Part shown: positions 28,023 through 36,851 of the stretch, one piece after another
How the letters are laid out: the number at the start of each line of letters is the position of its first letter
Position numbering within the stretch: the first letter of the stretch is position 1
Assembly: GCA_047972845.1 (NCBI GenBank)
Contig: JBKEBB010000041.1
Coordinates: forward strand, 1-43,456
DNA: 43,456 nucleotides
Source of the DNA: Bacteroidales bacterium
GTDB taxonomy: Bacteria; Bacteroidota; Bacteroidia; Bacteroidales; JBKEBB01
Direction: 5' to 3'
Translations under genes and position numbers: made by a program
The notes under the pieces: generated by a model
The model's input: the letters and a program-made list of their open reading frames with translations, nothing else
Database searches by the model: none
Told to the model about the DNA's origin: nothing

Positions 28023-29141
28023 TTAGACGTAATAACCCTGCTGTTTCATCTCATAGGCCTGAAATACGGAGTATTTTTCTTCATCCAACGGATAGTCCCA
28101 GCATCCCAGCTGATGATATATCTCTCCTCCAAACCCCTGCTTGAACTTATACAATCCATACATCGGGTGCGAAGGCTCGGGACGCGGTGCGATACCAAAC
28201 ATATCGTACTCGGTGCATTTATTGGCTTTGGCTATCTGGATTGCCTTCCACTGAAGCGCATAGGTAGGCATCATGTTTCGATTCTCCGACGAAGAAGCTC
28301 CATACAGATAGGTAGCTCGATGGCTCGACAACACTAAGAACATCGCCGCGAGAGGCTCTTTGTCGGCATAGGCTATCAATAATTTCACCTCCACGTCATC
28401 TGTTATCTTCTCCATCCGTGAGGTAAACACAGATCTAAAATAATCCAGACTGTTCACATTGAGTTTGTTCCGATTGGCGGTCTCACAATACAGTTTGTAC
28501 CACACATCCAGCCCCTCAATGCCCACCGAGCGCACATCCACCCCCTTACGTTCGGACAATTTGATATTGTAGCGCGTTTTGGGTTTCATCTGCGATAAGA
28601 TCTCCTCTTCCGATCTATGCAGATCAACCAATACGGTATTCGCCGGAAGTATATTGCTGTTTGACTTCTTTAGGTTCCAATTGCAGGTACTGTAGTTGAG
28701 ATGAAACTCCTGAAAAGTCTTCTCCGGAAGTCCCTTCCACACCCCATTTTCGTCAAAGTCGTCCTCCTTGCACCAGTGCGACTCCCAATTCAAATCATAC
28801 CGCAAAGCAACACAATTCTTAGGAAGATACGAACGGAGACACTCCGACAACTCTTCCAAGAAGCATCCTTGATTCTCTTCCGAGGGTTCTATCTCGGGGC
28901 CATACGGAAAATAGGCGATATAATCTTCCGAATTGAGGTATTGATAAAACATAATCACATCACCCTGCGTATAGGAGTAACCTCCCACATTTAGGTACAA
29001 ATCGCTGTTGCGCACTTTAAATTCAAATGCACTTGAATGAATCCCGAGTTGCTGTTTTACTTTCGACCAAAAGGCGGTTTGTTGAACGATCGGAGTGCTA
29101 TACGCATCCAAAATCTCTTTTGGTTCAATTTCCAATGTCAT
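28023..29141 (-). CDS. FemAB-family (aminoacyl-tRNA-dependent peptidyltransferase-like, GNAT-fold) protein
   Basis: 372 aa. The KPKTRYNIKLSERKGV segment and a C-terminal GASS...YALQW...YDMFGI...GLYKFKQGFGG resemble FemX/FemAB-type proteins. No search was run. Confidence 0.6.
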   Translation of the reverse strand: MTLEIEPKEILDAYSTPIVQQTAFWSKVKQQLGIHSSAFEFKVRNSDLYLNVGGYSYTQGDVIMFYQYLNSEDYIAYFPYGPEIEPSEENQGCFLEELSECLRSYLPKNCVALRYDLNWESHWCKEDDFDENGVWKGLPEKTFQEFHLNYSTCNWNLKKSNSNILPANTVLVDLHRSEEEILSQMKPKTRYNIKLSERKGVDVRSVGIEGLDVWYKLYCETANRNKLNVNSLDYFRSVFTSRMEKITDDVEVKLLIAYADKEPLAAMFLVLSSHRATYLYGASSSENRNMMPTYALQWKAIQIAKANKCTEYDMFGIAPRPEPSHPMYGLYKFKQGFGGEIYHQLGCWDYPLDEEKYSVFQAYEMKQQGYYV

Positions 29142-29166
29142 GATTACTATTTTTTAAAATAATCTG

Positions 29167-29174
29167 CAAAGGTA
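29167..29174 (-). promoter_or_regulatory. -7 promoter box (TACCTTTG on minus strand) for the FemAB-family gene
   Basis: Plus strand CAAAGGTA, 26 nt upstream of the ATG at 29141. Confidence 0.55.
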
Positions 29175-29420
29175 GGCAAAATAAACTCTCGAGTCAACCT
29201 AATACTATTTAATAAGTTGAAAATCTTATTTTTAGCTCTTCGCATTCTACTTATGCCTCATTCTTATTCCGAGTCCTATTTTTCGGGAAACGAAACTCTA
29301 TCACTCCCTATTTGTTATATCAAAGTATAAATAATCTCAATCGCTGCTTGGTTACCGATAAAAGATTTTCACGTTTCGTATTTTTTCTACAACTTTGTAC
29401 ATCAAACCCAACTCGTATTT

Positions 29421-29624
29421 ATGGCAAAAAAAGAGCTCTCTTACTCTGACGCGTTAGCTGAATTGGAGTTGATTCAGAAACGACTTCAAAGCAACGACTG
29501 TTCCATTGACGAACTCAAAGGAATGGTGAAACGTTCGTCTGAGTTGATTTCTCTATGCCGCAACCGACTCTACGAAACAGATGAAGAGATCAAAAAGATA
29601 TTGACCAGTATCGAGACAAACTAA
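29421..29624 (+). CDS. xseB: Exodeoxyribonuclease VII small subunit
   Basis: 67 aa. LSYSDALAELELIQKRLQSNDCSIDEL is the typical XseB helical-hairpin N-terminus. Confidence 0.85.
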   Translation: MAKKELSYSDALAELELIQKRLQSNDCSIDELKGMVKRSSELISLCRNRLYETDEEIKKILTSIETN

Positions 29625-29636
29625 AATCAAACCAAT

Positions 29637-30701
29637 ATGAGAACAAGAAACATTTTATTGATTCTTTTTGTAGCTGTAGCCACTGCTGCTATGGCAAAAA
29701 ATCCCAAGAATATCATCATTATGATCGGTGACGGTATGGGTATTAATCAGGTGCAAGCAGCATTCACCGCCAACGGAGGAACATTGAACATGACTGACCG
29801 CTGTCCCGTTATCGGATACTCAAAAACAAACTCAGCTAACGACTATACAACCGACTCAGCAGCCGGAGGAACAGCTATTGCCGGAGGAAAGAAGACAAAC
29901 AACGGAATGATCGGAGTCGCTCCCGACGGATCATTGATCCCTTCCATCTTAGCAGTATCTAAAAAATCGGGATTGTCAACCGGAGTTGTATCAACCAGCT
30001 CTGTTACCCATGCCACTCCCGCTTCTTTCGTTGCTCACGAGCAAAGTCGCTCCGACGATGAGAACATCGCCGCCGATTTTCTTGACAGCGATATCGACGT
30101 ATTCATCGGTGGAGGACGCAAATTCTTCGAAACCCGTAAAGACGGACGCAACATCTCTGAAGAACTCAAACAAAAAGGCTATCAAGTGGTATATACACTC
30201 GAGGATGCCCGCAACGTGAAACCTGGCAAAATGGGTGCTCTTGTAACTGCTGAACATCTGGCTCCTATCAAGGATCGCGATCCCAATTTCCTTGCCGATG
30301 CATCTATGGCAGCTATCAATGCATTGAAGAACAACAAAAAAGGATTCGTTTTAATGATCGAAGGATCACAAATCGACTGGGGTGGCCATGCCAACGATGC
30401 CGACTATATGATTGGGGAAACACTCGACTTCGACCGTGCCGTTGGTAAAGTACTTGATTTCGCTGAAGCGGATGGAAACACATTGGTAGTGATTACCGCC
30501 GATCATGAGACTGGTGGTTTGGCAATCAGCAAAGGCGATTACGAGAAAAAAGAGATCACTGTGAAATTTACCTCTAAAGGACATACCGCTTCTCCTGTTC
30601 CCATCTTCGCGTTTGGACCGGGTGCTGAGAAAGTGGCGGGCTTCAGAGAAAACACCTCTTTCTTCAATCAATTTACCAACCTTCTTCGTTTGAAAAAATA
30701 A
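29637..30701 (+). CDS. Alkaline phosphatase (PhoA family), secreted
   Basis: Signal peptide (ILLILFVAVATAAMA), the active-site Ser context TDSAAGGTA, and the metal ligands DWGGHAND and ADHETGG. Confidence 0.87.
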   Translation: MRTRNILLILFVAVATAAMAKNPKNIIIMIGDGMGINQVQAAFTANGGTLNMTDRCPVIGYSKTNSANDYTTDSAAGGTAIAGGKKTNNGMIGVAPDGSLIPSILAVSKKSGLSTGVVSTSSVTHATPASFVAHEQSRSDDENIAADFLDSDIDVFIGGGRKFFETRKDGRNISEELKQKGYQVVYTLEDARNVKPGKMGALVTAEHLAPIKDRDPNFLADASMAAINALKNNKKGFVLMIEGSQIDWGGHANDADYMIGETLDFDRAVGKVLDFAEADGNTLVVITADHETGGLAISKGDYEKKEITVKFTSKGHTASPVPIFAFGPGAEKVAGFRENTSFFNQFTNLLRLKK

Positions 30702-30711
30702 CTCTCCAATA

Positions 30712-31098
30712 ATGCAATTAACAGCTAAACTGATACAGATACTGCCTCTTCAGACCGGAACCGGACGAAATGGAGAATGGCGCAAACAAGATATTATTGT
30801 TGAAATAGAGGGAGGACAGTTTCCCCGCAAAGTATGCGTTGCCATCTGGGGCGATAAGATTAATCCTTCCATCCTTGAGATCGGCAATACTCTCACTATC
30901 GACTTCGATATTGAAAGCCGCGAATTCAATGGCAGATGGTACACCGATGTAAAAGCGTGGAAAATCCAAGCGGCCTCAATGCCACAATCGGGAGGAGTAC
31001 CGATACCTCCTCCACCTCCACCTACGGAAAACGATCCAATTGGAACGGCTCCACTTCCTGCTGATTTTTCAGCATCCGGAGATGATTTACCTTTCTAA
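30712..31098 (+). CDS. DUF3127-type small OB-fold-like protein with SSB-like disordered linker and C-terminal DDLPF tip
   Basis: The N-terminal ~85 aa (MQLTAKLIQILPLQTGTGRNGEWRKQDIIVE...) resemble DUF3127. A Pro/Gly-rich segment follows, and the terminal residues are SGDDLPF*. Confidence 0.6.
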   Translation: MQLTAKLIQILPLQTGTGRNGEWRKQDIIVEIEGGQFPRKVCVAIWGDKINPSILEIGNTLTIDFDIESREFNGRWYTDVKAWKIQAASMPQSGGVPIPPPPPPTENDPIGTAPLPADFSASGDDLPF

Positions 31099-31121
31099 AT
31101 AGAGTTAGACTCCAATACAAT

Positions 31122-31159
31122 GCCTGCGTCTCTTTTCGATAAGAAACGCAGGCTTTTTT
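31122..31159 (+). terminator. Intrinsic terminator of the xseB-phoA-DUF3127 operon
   Basis: Stem GCCTGCGT/ACGCAGGC, extendable by TCTT/AAGA, followed by TTTTTT. Confidence 0.8.
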
Positions 31160-31220
31160 CATTCTTCGAGTGGCTGAATCCACTTTCAATCCTCTACCTC
31201 TTCTTGACGAATAATTGCAC

Positions 31221-31290
31221 CCTCAAAAAGGAGCATACGTTTTAGTCAAAAGGACGGGACGTATTGATCAAAACGTCCCGTCCTTTTTCT
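31221..31290. repeat. TCAAAAGG-family palindromic intergenic element, copy 3
   Basis: The unit CTCAAAAAGGAGCATACGTTTTA shares the 15-mer AAAAGGAGCATACGT with 21924-38. A perfect 15-bp hairpin follows: AAAAGGACGGGACGT (31247-61) / ACGTCCCGTCCTTTT (31272-86), with a T-run after it. Separate terminators for both flanking genes exist on either side. Confidence 0.75.
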
Positions 31291-31353
31291 CAATACGAGC
31301 CGTCCTATTTTCAGCACATCGTATAGAGAAGTAATAACACAACATACAGTTGT

Positions 31354-31389
31354 AAAAAAAGCCGCTCCATTGATATCAATGAAGCGGCT
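31354..31389 (-). terminator. Intrinsic terminator of proS
   Basis: Stem AGCCGCTCCATTG / CAATGAAGCGGCT (1 mismatch), followed on the minus strand by TTTTTTT. It lies 32 nt past the stop. Confidence 0.8.
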
Positions 31390-31420
31390 TGTATAGTCAG
31401 TAAAATTATCTTATACTCGG

Positions 31421-32902
31421 TTAGTAGGCACGGGCAAAAAGCACACGTTGCGCGGATGGTTTACCGGTAACCATACACACTCCGGGAGTCTTGTCACCTT
31501 CGAGCGGAATACAGCGAATCGTGGCTTTTGTTTCAGCCTTGATCAGTTCTTCGGTTTCTGCCGTACCATCCCAGTGAGCAAGAAGGAATCCGCCCTCTTC
31601 GAGTTTTTCTTTAAACTCTTCGTACGTTTCAACAGTACGGGTGTTTGCCGCCCGATAATCGAAGGCCTTACGGAAGATATTCGCTTGAATCTCGTCGAGC
31701 AAATCCTTGATGTAATTCTCAATATTATCACAACTAACGGTCTCCTTGGTCAACGTATCGCGACGAGCCACCTCAACGGTGTTGTTCTCAAGATCACGAC
31801 CACCCATAGCCAATCGAACAGGAACACCTTTCAATTCATATTCGGCAAACTTCCATCCCGGTTTTTTATTGTCCGAACTGTCGTATTTCACCGAAACTCC
31901 CAATGCTTTGAGTTTGGCAATAATCGGTTCGATCTTGGCACTCAGTTGTTGCAACTGCTCTTCGCTGCGGTAAATCGGAACAATTACCACTTGATAGGGA
32001 GCGAGCTTGGGAGGAAGCACCAATCCGTTATCATCGGAGTGCGCCATAATCAACGCACCGATCAAACGGGTAGATACACCCCATGAGGTAGCCCACACGT
32101 AGTCGCGTGTACCCTCTTTGGAGGCGAAAGTAACATCAAACGCCTTGGCGAAGTTCTGTCCGAGAAAGTGCGACGTACCGCTCTGCAACGCCTTACCATC
32201 TTGCATCAACGCCTCGATTGTGTATGTATCCACCGCTCCGGCAAAACGCTCTGAAGCCGACTTCACCCCTTTCACCACAGGAACAGCCATAAACTCTTCG
32301 GCAAATCGTCCATACACATTCAACATGCGCACAGCCTCTTCCACCGCCTCCTGCTCTGTGGCATGCGCGGTATGTCCCTCTTGCCACAAGAATTCAGCTG
32401 TACGAAGAAACAGACGCGTACGCATTTCCCAACGCACCACATTAGCCCATTGATTGCAAAGGATAGGAAGATCGCGGTAAGATTGAATCCAATTCTTGTA
32501 GGTGTTCCAGATGATTGTCTCCGAAGTAGGACGAACAATCAGTTCTTCCTCCAGTTTGGCATCCGGATCCACAACAACACCCGAACCATCAGCGGCGTTT
32601 TTCAATCGGTAGTGAGTCACTACCGCGCACTCTTTCGCGAATCCCTCCACATGATCGGCTTCACGACTGAGAAACGATTTGGGAATAAAAAGCGGAAAAT
32701 AGGCATTTACGTGTCCGGTCTCCTTAAACATATCATCGAGCACACGTTGCATTTTTTCCCATATCGCATATCCGTAAGGTTTAATAACCATACAACCGCG
32801 AACCGCTGAATTTTCAGCCAGATCAGCCTTGATCACCAGATCCTGATACCACTGGGAATAGTTCTCACTGCGTGAGGTTAGTTCTTTAAGTTCTACTGCC
32901 AT
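31421..32902 (-). CDS. proS: Proline--tRNA ligase (archaeal/eukaryote-like class II type)
   Basis: 493 aa. The N-terminus [11 protein letters not shown]...[16 protein letters not shown], class II core motifs, and a C-terminal ProRS-C1-like domain ending in ...RVLFARAY. Confidence 0.93.
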   Translation of the reverse strand: MAVELKELTSRSENYSQWYQDLVIKADLAENSAVRGCMVIKPYGYAIWEKMQRVLDDMFKETGHVNAYFPLFIPKSFLSREADHVEGFAKECAVVTHYRLKNAADGSGVVVDPDAKLEEELIVRPTSETIIWNTYKNWIQSYRDLPILCNQWANVVRWEMRTRLFLRTAEFLWQEGHTAHATEQEAVEEAVRMLNVYGRFAEEFMAVPVVKGVKSASERFAGAVDTYTIEALMQDGKALQSGTSHFLGQNFAKAFDVTFASKEGTRDYVWATSWGVSTRLIGALIMAHSDDNGLVLPPKLAPYQVVIVPIYRSEEQLQQLSAKIEPIIAKLKALGVSVKYDSSDNKKPGWKFAEYELKGVPVRLAMGGRDLENNTVEVARRDTLTKETVSCDNIENYIKDLLDEIQANIFRKAFDYRAANTRTVETYEEFKEKLEEGGFLLAHWDGTAETEELIKAETKATIRCIPLEGDKTPGVCMVTGKPSAQRVLFARAY

Positions 32903-32994
32903 TATTGAGTTTGTTAACTTATTGTAATCAATGAGGTCGATATAAAACCGGGAAGATGTGAGGAATTGCCCTGATGAGCATACATCCCGGAGCG

Positions 32995-33002
32995 CAAAAG
33001 TA
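32995..33002 (-). promoter_or_regulatory. -7 promoter box (TACTTTTG on minus strand) for proS
   Basis: Plus strand CAAAAGTA, 93 nt upstream of the proS ATG. Confidence 0.45.
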
Positions 33003-33069
33003 GTGTTTTTCCATTAATTGACAATAAATGAACGCATCGTGAATTGGAAGTTAACAGTAGGAAATACTC

Positions 33070-34401
33070 TTATTTTGGCTGTTTCGCTACAAAATCCTGC
33101 CTGAGCCGGAGTAGCTCCTTCACCTTCTCCTGATTTTCAGAAGCAAGGTTAGCAGACTCTGTTACGTCCTTCCGTAGGTTTGTAAGATAAAGTGTGTCAG
33201 TGATTCGCTCTTTCGAGGTGGGATCTTGGGGACGCGAAATCAATTTCCAATCATTCTGCATCACTGCCCATTGATTGCCGCTATCGAAAAAGAGCACATC
33301 GTGTGGAGATCGGAGTGCGGGGTCTTGAATAAGCGGGAGCAGACTTCTTCCGTCCATATCTTCTTGCTTATAGGTAATCCCACAAAGGTCCAACACGGTT
33401 GGAAACCAATCAACATTCATCGCCTTCTGCTCTCGAACCTCCCCTTGAGGGAGCTTCTGAGGATAACTGATAATGGCCGGCACTCGAATACCTCCTTCGA
33501 AAAGAGAGAATTTCGCGGCGCGATACGGTCCGGCATACCCTCCTCCGAAGTGATTGCGCTCCTCCACACTGTGTCCATTGTCCGATTGAAATACGATAAT
33601 GGTATTTTCTCTAAGTCCTTCCTTGTCGAGAAAATCGAGCACCTCTCCCAACGTCTCGTCAAACGTACTCAAAAAGGCGTTGTAGAGATTGCGTGGGTAG
33701 GGAACCTTCTTCGCATTGTAGTACTCCAACCATTTGGTACGGGGTTGCAGCGGATAGTGAGGCATGTTGGAGGCCCAATAGATAAAGAATGGCTTAGTAC
33801 GATGCTGGGTGACATAATTTTTCAACTCCCTCACCAATTGATCGGGATAGTATTGCCCGTCGTTGAATACCTCTGTTTCATTTCGCCACAGATCATGTCT
33901 ATTAGGCCCTGCCCAATAAAAGAAATGGGAATAGTTGTCGATACATCCGTCGCGATGTCCGAAAAAGTAATCAAATCCCTGCTGGTTAGGACGTGCGCCA
34001 TCCACCGTGCCCAAGTGCCATTTACCTATTAAGGCGGTATTGTATCCGTTTTCCTTCATCACCTCGGCAAGGGTGGTTCGTTCGGGGCGCATATAATGAT
34101 TACCTCCTACGTTGCTCACCACCCCATTGCGGAGAGAGAACTGTCCGGTGAGCAGTGCCGCACGTGATACAGAACTGACAGGCGCGCCATAAAAGCGTGA
34201 AAAACGGACTCCTTCGGTTGCAAGGCGGTCGATATTGGGAGTTAAAAGATCTTTCGCTCCATAGCACCCCGCGTCGAGTGTGCCTTGATCGTCGGTATAG
34301 ACGATAATAACGTTCGGTTTCTGCGATGTTTGCGCAGCTAATGCTAAGGGAGCAGCTAATGTAAGGGTCAATCCGATTGACTTTTTCTTGATTGCATTCA
34401 T
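33070..34401 (-). CDS. Sulfatase-family protein (Ser-type) with non-canonical formylglycine motif
   Basis: Signal peptide, metal-binding IIVYTDDQG, and S-S-V-S-R-AALLTG at the position of C/S-x-P-x-R-xxxLTG. Later motifs GKWHLG and SDNGH are present. Confidence 0.85.
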   Translation of the reverse strand: MNAIKKKSIGLTLTLAAPLALAAQTSQKPNVIIVYTDDQGTLDAGCYGAKDLLTPNIDRLATEGVRFSRFYGAPVSSVSRAALLTGQFSLRNGVVSNVGGNHYMRPERTTLAEVMKENGYNTALIGKWHLGTVDGARPNQQGFDYFFGHRDGCIDNYSHFFYWAGPNRHDLWRNETEVFNDGQYYPDQLVRELKNYVTQHRTKPFFIYWASNMPHYPLQPRTKWLEYYNAKKVPYPRNLYNAFLSTFDETLGEVLDFLDKEGLRENTIIVFQSDNGHSVEERNHFGGGYAGPYRAAKFSLFEGGIRVPAIISYPQKLPQGEVREQKAMNVDWFPTVLDLCGITYKQEDMDGRSLLPLIQDPALRSPHDVLFFDSGNQWAVMQNDWKLISRPQDPTSKERITDTLYLTNLRKDVTESANLASENQEKVKELLRLRQDFVAKQPK

Positions 34402-34409
34402 TGGGTCTT

Positions 34410-35384
34410 TTATTTATTATCCGGTAAAATTTCGAGGATAAGGTAATGCCCGTAACGGCCCATAGGGGTAACATACTGCAAAAATCCCCCTGTCCGCTCG
34501 GTTTTAGAAGTGTGTATATGGCCGCACAACACAATTGCCACGGGAGCTTTGAGCAACTCTGCTACAAAATCATAGGTCTCCTGATTGTGACCCTCTTCAG
34601 GCCAAACTTCACGACGCTCGGTGATATATCCGTTATCTACAGCGGCACCCCATTTACGACTTCCTATTCCGTATGACTGATCACTAATACTTACCGGGAT
34701 ATGCATACCTATCACCATGGGCAACTCAAGGGCACTTTGCTCTCGAAGGAAAGCCACCTGCTCGGCAGTCATCTGATAGGTCGAATTGTCTATCATTAAG
34801 AAGTTGATCCCGTTAATCTGTCGAGCGTAGTGAGAGGGATTCTCTCCTTGATAAAGAGGTAGAAGGATATCTTGACGCCACTTTTCTCTCAAGACGTGGC
34901 TCGACCCGGGTAAACCCTCCAAATGCCAATCGTGGTTTCCGGCTGTGTAGAGATATGGAATACCGCATGAATTCAGTTCATCCAACAAAAACTGGACGGC
35001 ACTCTTTGACGGATAGTTGAGTATGTCGCCGGTAAGTACAATCAAGTCGATTTTTAATTGTTTCGCTTCACGAAGGATTGTCGAGAAAGCCTCGGTACGG
35101 CTGATCTCTTCTCCCGATTTGTAATGGGTTCCCTTTTCGTACGCGGCACCCATCCGAGCAGAATATTCGGCATACACCTCGTCTTCGGGTCCGGCGAATG
35201 TAATGTGAGAGTCGGTAATATGCAGTACACGGGTAGGTTTGATAAGCGAATGGGATATTCCTATTATAGCACGATCGGCTGTGGACGAGTCATACACAAG
35301 AGTAGGTCGAGTCGGTGTATTTTTATCACCGTAACAGCTTAGAAAGAATAAACAACAGATCAGGAGCATCGAAAACGTTCTCAT
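34410..35384 (-). CDS. Metallophosphoesterase (calcineurin-like), probable lipoprotein
   Basis: Lipobox FFLSC, then the motifs HITDSH, TGDILN, GNHD and CGHIH. It ends 8 nt upstream of the sulfatase gene, so an operon is likely. Confidence 0.85.
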   Translation of the reverse strand: MRTFSMLLICCLFFLSCYGDKNTPTRPTLVYDSSTADRAIIGISHSLIKPTRVLHITDSHITFAGPEDEVYAEYSARMGAAYEKGTHYKSGEEISRTEAFSTILREAKQLKIDLIVLTGDILNYPSKSAVQFLLDELNSCGIPYLYTAGNHDWHLEGLPGSSHVLREKWRQDILLPLYQGENPSHYARQINGINFLMIDNSTYQMTAEQVAFLREQSALELPMVIGMHIPVSISDQSYGIGSRKWGAAVDNGYITERREVWPEEGHNQETYDFVAELLKAPVAIVLCGHIHTSKTERTGGFLQYVTPMGRYGHYLILEILPDNK

Positions 35385-35427
35385 AATATCATGTATTATT
35401 ATTAAATGATGATTTAGTTAAGTGAAT

Positions 35428-35435
35428 CAAAGGTA
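35428..35435 (-). promoter_or_regulatory. -7 promoter box (TACCTTTG on minus strand) for the metallophosphoesterase-sulfatase operon
   Basis: Plus strand CAAAGGTA, 44 nt upstream of the ATG at 35384. Confidence 0.5.
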
Positions 35436-35637
35436 GGGATTAATTAAAAACTACACAACGTATCGAATAAAACAGAATCCGAAATACAAAGCATAACGTA
35501 TGCGAAGGCTCTGCAACTGTGTATGCATGCCAATTAAGGGAATACTTCATCGGTAAATTGGTTCACAGATAACTTGTTTAGAGGGAAGGGATACTACCTT
35601 TACGGCTCAACTCTGTTGCTCATTGAGGAAAAACCTT

Positions 35638-35645
35638 TACTTTTG
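35638..35645 (+). promoter_or_regulatory. -7 promoter box TACTTTTG for the Yip1-like gene
   Basis: Perfect TAnnTTTG, 37 nt upstream of the ATG at 35682. Confidence 0.5.
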
Positions 35646-35681
35646 TAGACTTTATTCAGAGAAAAACAGGAAAAAGAGATT

Positions 35682-36248
35682 ATGTTCAAGCAGTTGTTTA
35701 TCCTCATATACCGATTAGTACGTTTTCCAAAAGTAGTTTGGCCTGAATTGGGCGGTGAAAAAGAGAATACAGAAGAGTTTAACGCTCAAATTTTCTATCC
35801 GCTACTTGGATTAATCACGCTGACCGCATTTGTAGGCGAATTGGTTAATAGTACTGATTTCAGTGTACAAGTACCACTTAAGATAGCCTTAATCAGTTGT
35901 GTATCTCTCTTCGGAGGAGCTCATTTAGCCGCTTACGCGATCGAATGGTTCATGCAAAAGATGAGAGGCAGCACGCAATTGCATGCGAGAAGCTACCTGT
36001 TTGTCGGCTATTGCTACGCCCCTGTGATTGTAGTAAAAAGTTTCATGCAGTTGTTTCCCGACTTCATCTTTTTGAAACTGATATGGCTGATTGTGCCCTA
36101 TTGTGTGTGGTACGGAATCAAATCATTCTACGATGTACCTGTTTCGCGCTACCTCGCTTTCACCATTGTTCTTTCGGTGATAGCAATCATGATGCCTCAG
36201 GTTATAGACTCTATGATGTTTTTATTGATGCCCGGACTGCGAATGTGA
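35682..36248 (+). CDS. Yip1-like integral membrane protein
   Basis: 188 aa, with a soluble N-terminus followed by ~5 hydrophobic helices. Resemblance to Yip1-domain proteins is judged by eye. Confidence 0.5.
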   Translation: MFKQLFILIYRLVRFPKVVWPELGGEKENTEEFNAQIFYPLLGLITLTAFVGELVNSTDFSVQVPLKIALISCVSLFGGAHLAAYAIEWFMQKMRGSTQLHARSYLFVGYCYAPVIVVKSFMQLFPDFIFLKLIWLIVPYCVWYGIKSFYDVPVSRYLAFTIVLSVIAIMMPQVIDSMMFLLMPGLRM

Positions 36249-36372
36249 TTCGCTGAAGAAGAAAATACAATTCCGATTGGAACTTGAGAACCAAACAATA
36301 TGTCCCAAAGGGTTGTTTTCCTTTCTGACTGCATTGCTTTAAATATTCTCCGATTACTAACTTGTACATACA

Positions 36373-36843
36373 ATGTCATCATCCAAACTAAAACTGACGA
36401 ATCAGATCAATATTAAGAATCGCCGGGCAACGTTCGACTATGAATTGGTTGAAACGTTTGTGGCAGGGATTGTTCTGACAGGTACTGAGATCAAATCGAT
36501 CCGGTTGGGAAAGGCTGGACTGACTGACAGCTATGCTATTCTTCAAAACGGCGAATTGTGGGTGAAAAACCTCTACATTGCCGAATACTTTTTTGGCAGC
36601 TATAACAATCACTCCGCACGAAGAGATAGAAAACTCCTTCTGACAAAGAAAGAGTTGAACAAACTCACCAAGCTCACCAAGGATACCGGATTTACTATTA
36701 TCCCAACTCGACTGTTCATCAACGAGAAAGGGTTGGCAAAATTGGTGGTAGCGGCGGCTCGAGGCAAAAAAGCCTACGACAAGCGACAGTCACTGAGAGA
36801 AAAAGAGGACAAACGCACCATCAAGCAGATTACAATGAATTAA
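36373..36843 (+). CDS. smpB: SsrA-binding protein
   Basis: [30 protein letters not shown] and a basic C-terminal tail are characteristic of SmpB. Confidence 0.93.
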   Translation: MSSSKLKLTNQINIKNRRATFDYELVETFVAGIVLTGTEIKSIRLGKAGLTDSYAILQNGELWVKNLYIAEYFFGSYNNHSARRDRKLLLTKKELNKLTKLTKDTGFTIIPTRLFINEKGLAKLVVAAARGKKAYDKRQSLREKEDKRTIKQITMN

Positions 36844-36851
36844 TTACAAGA

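Noticed and set aside
33226-34032. 268-codon ORF on the plus strand, antisense to the sulfatase gene
   Set aside because: It lies entirely inside a well-supported minus-strand CDS and has no promoter box or recognisable domain. Its composition is odd (rich in R, I, H and L), which is typical of shadow ORFs in a mid-GC genome.
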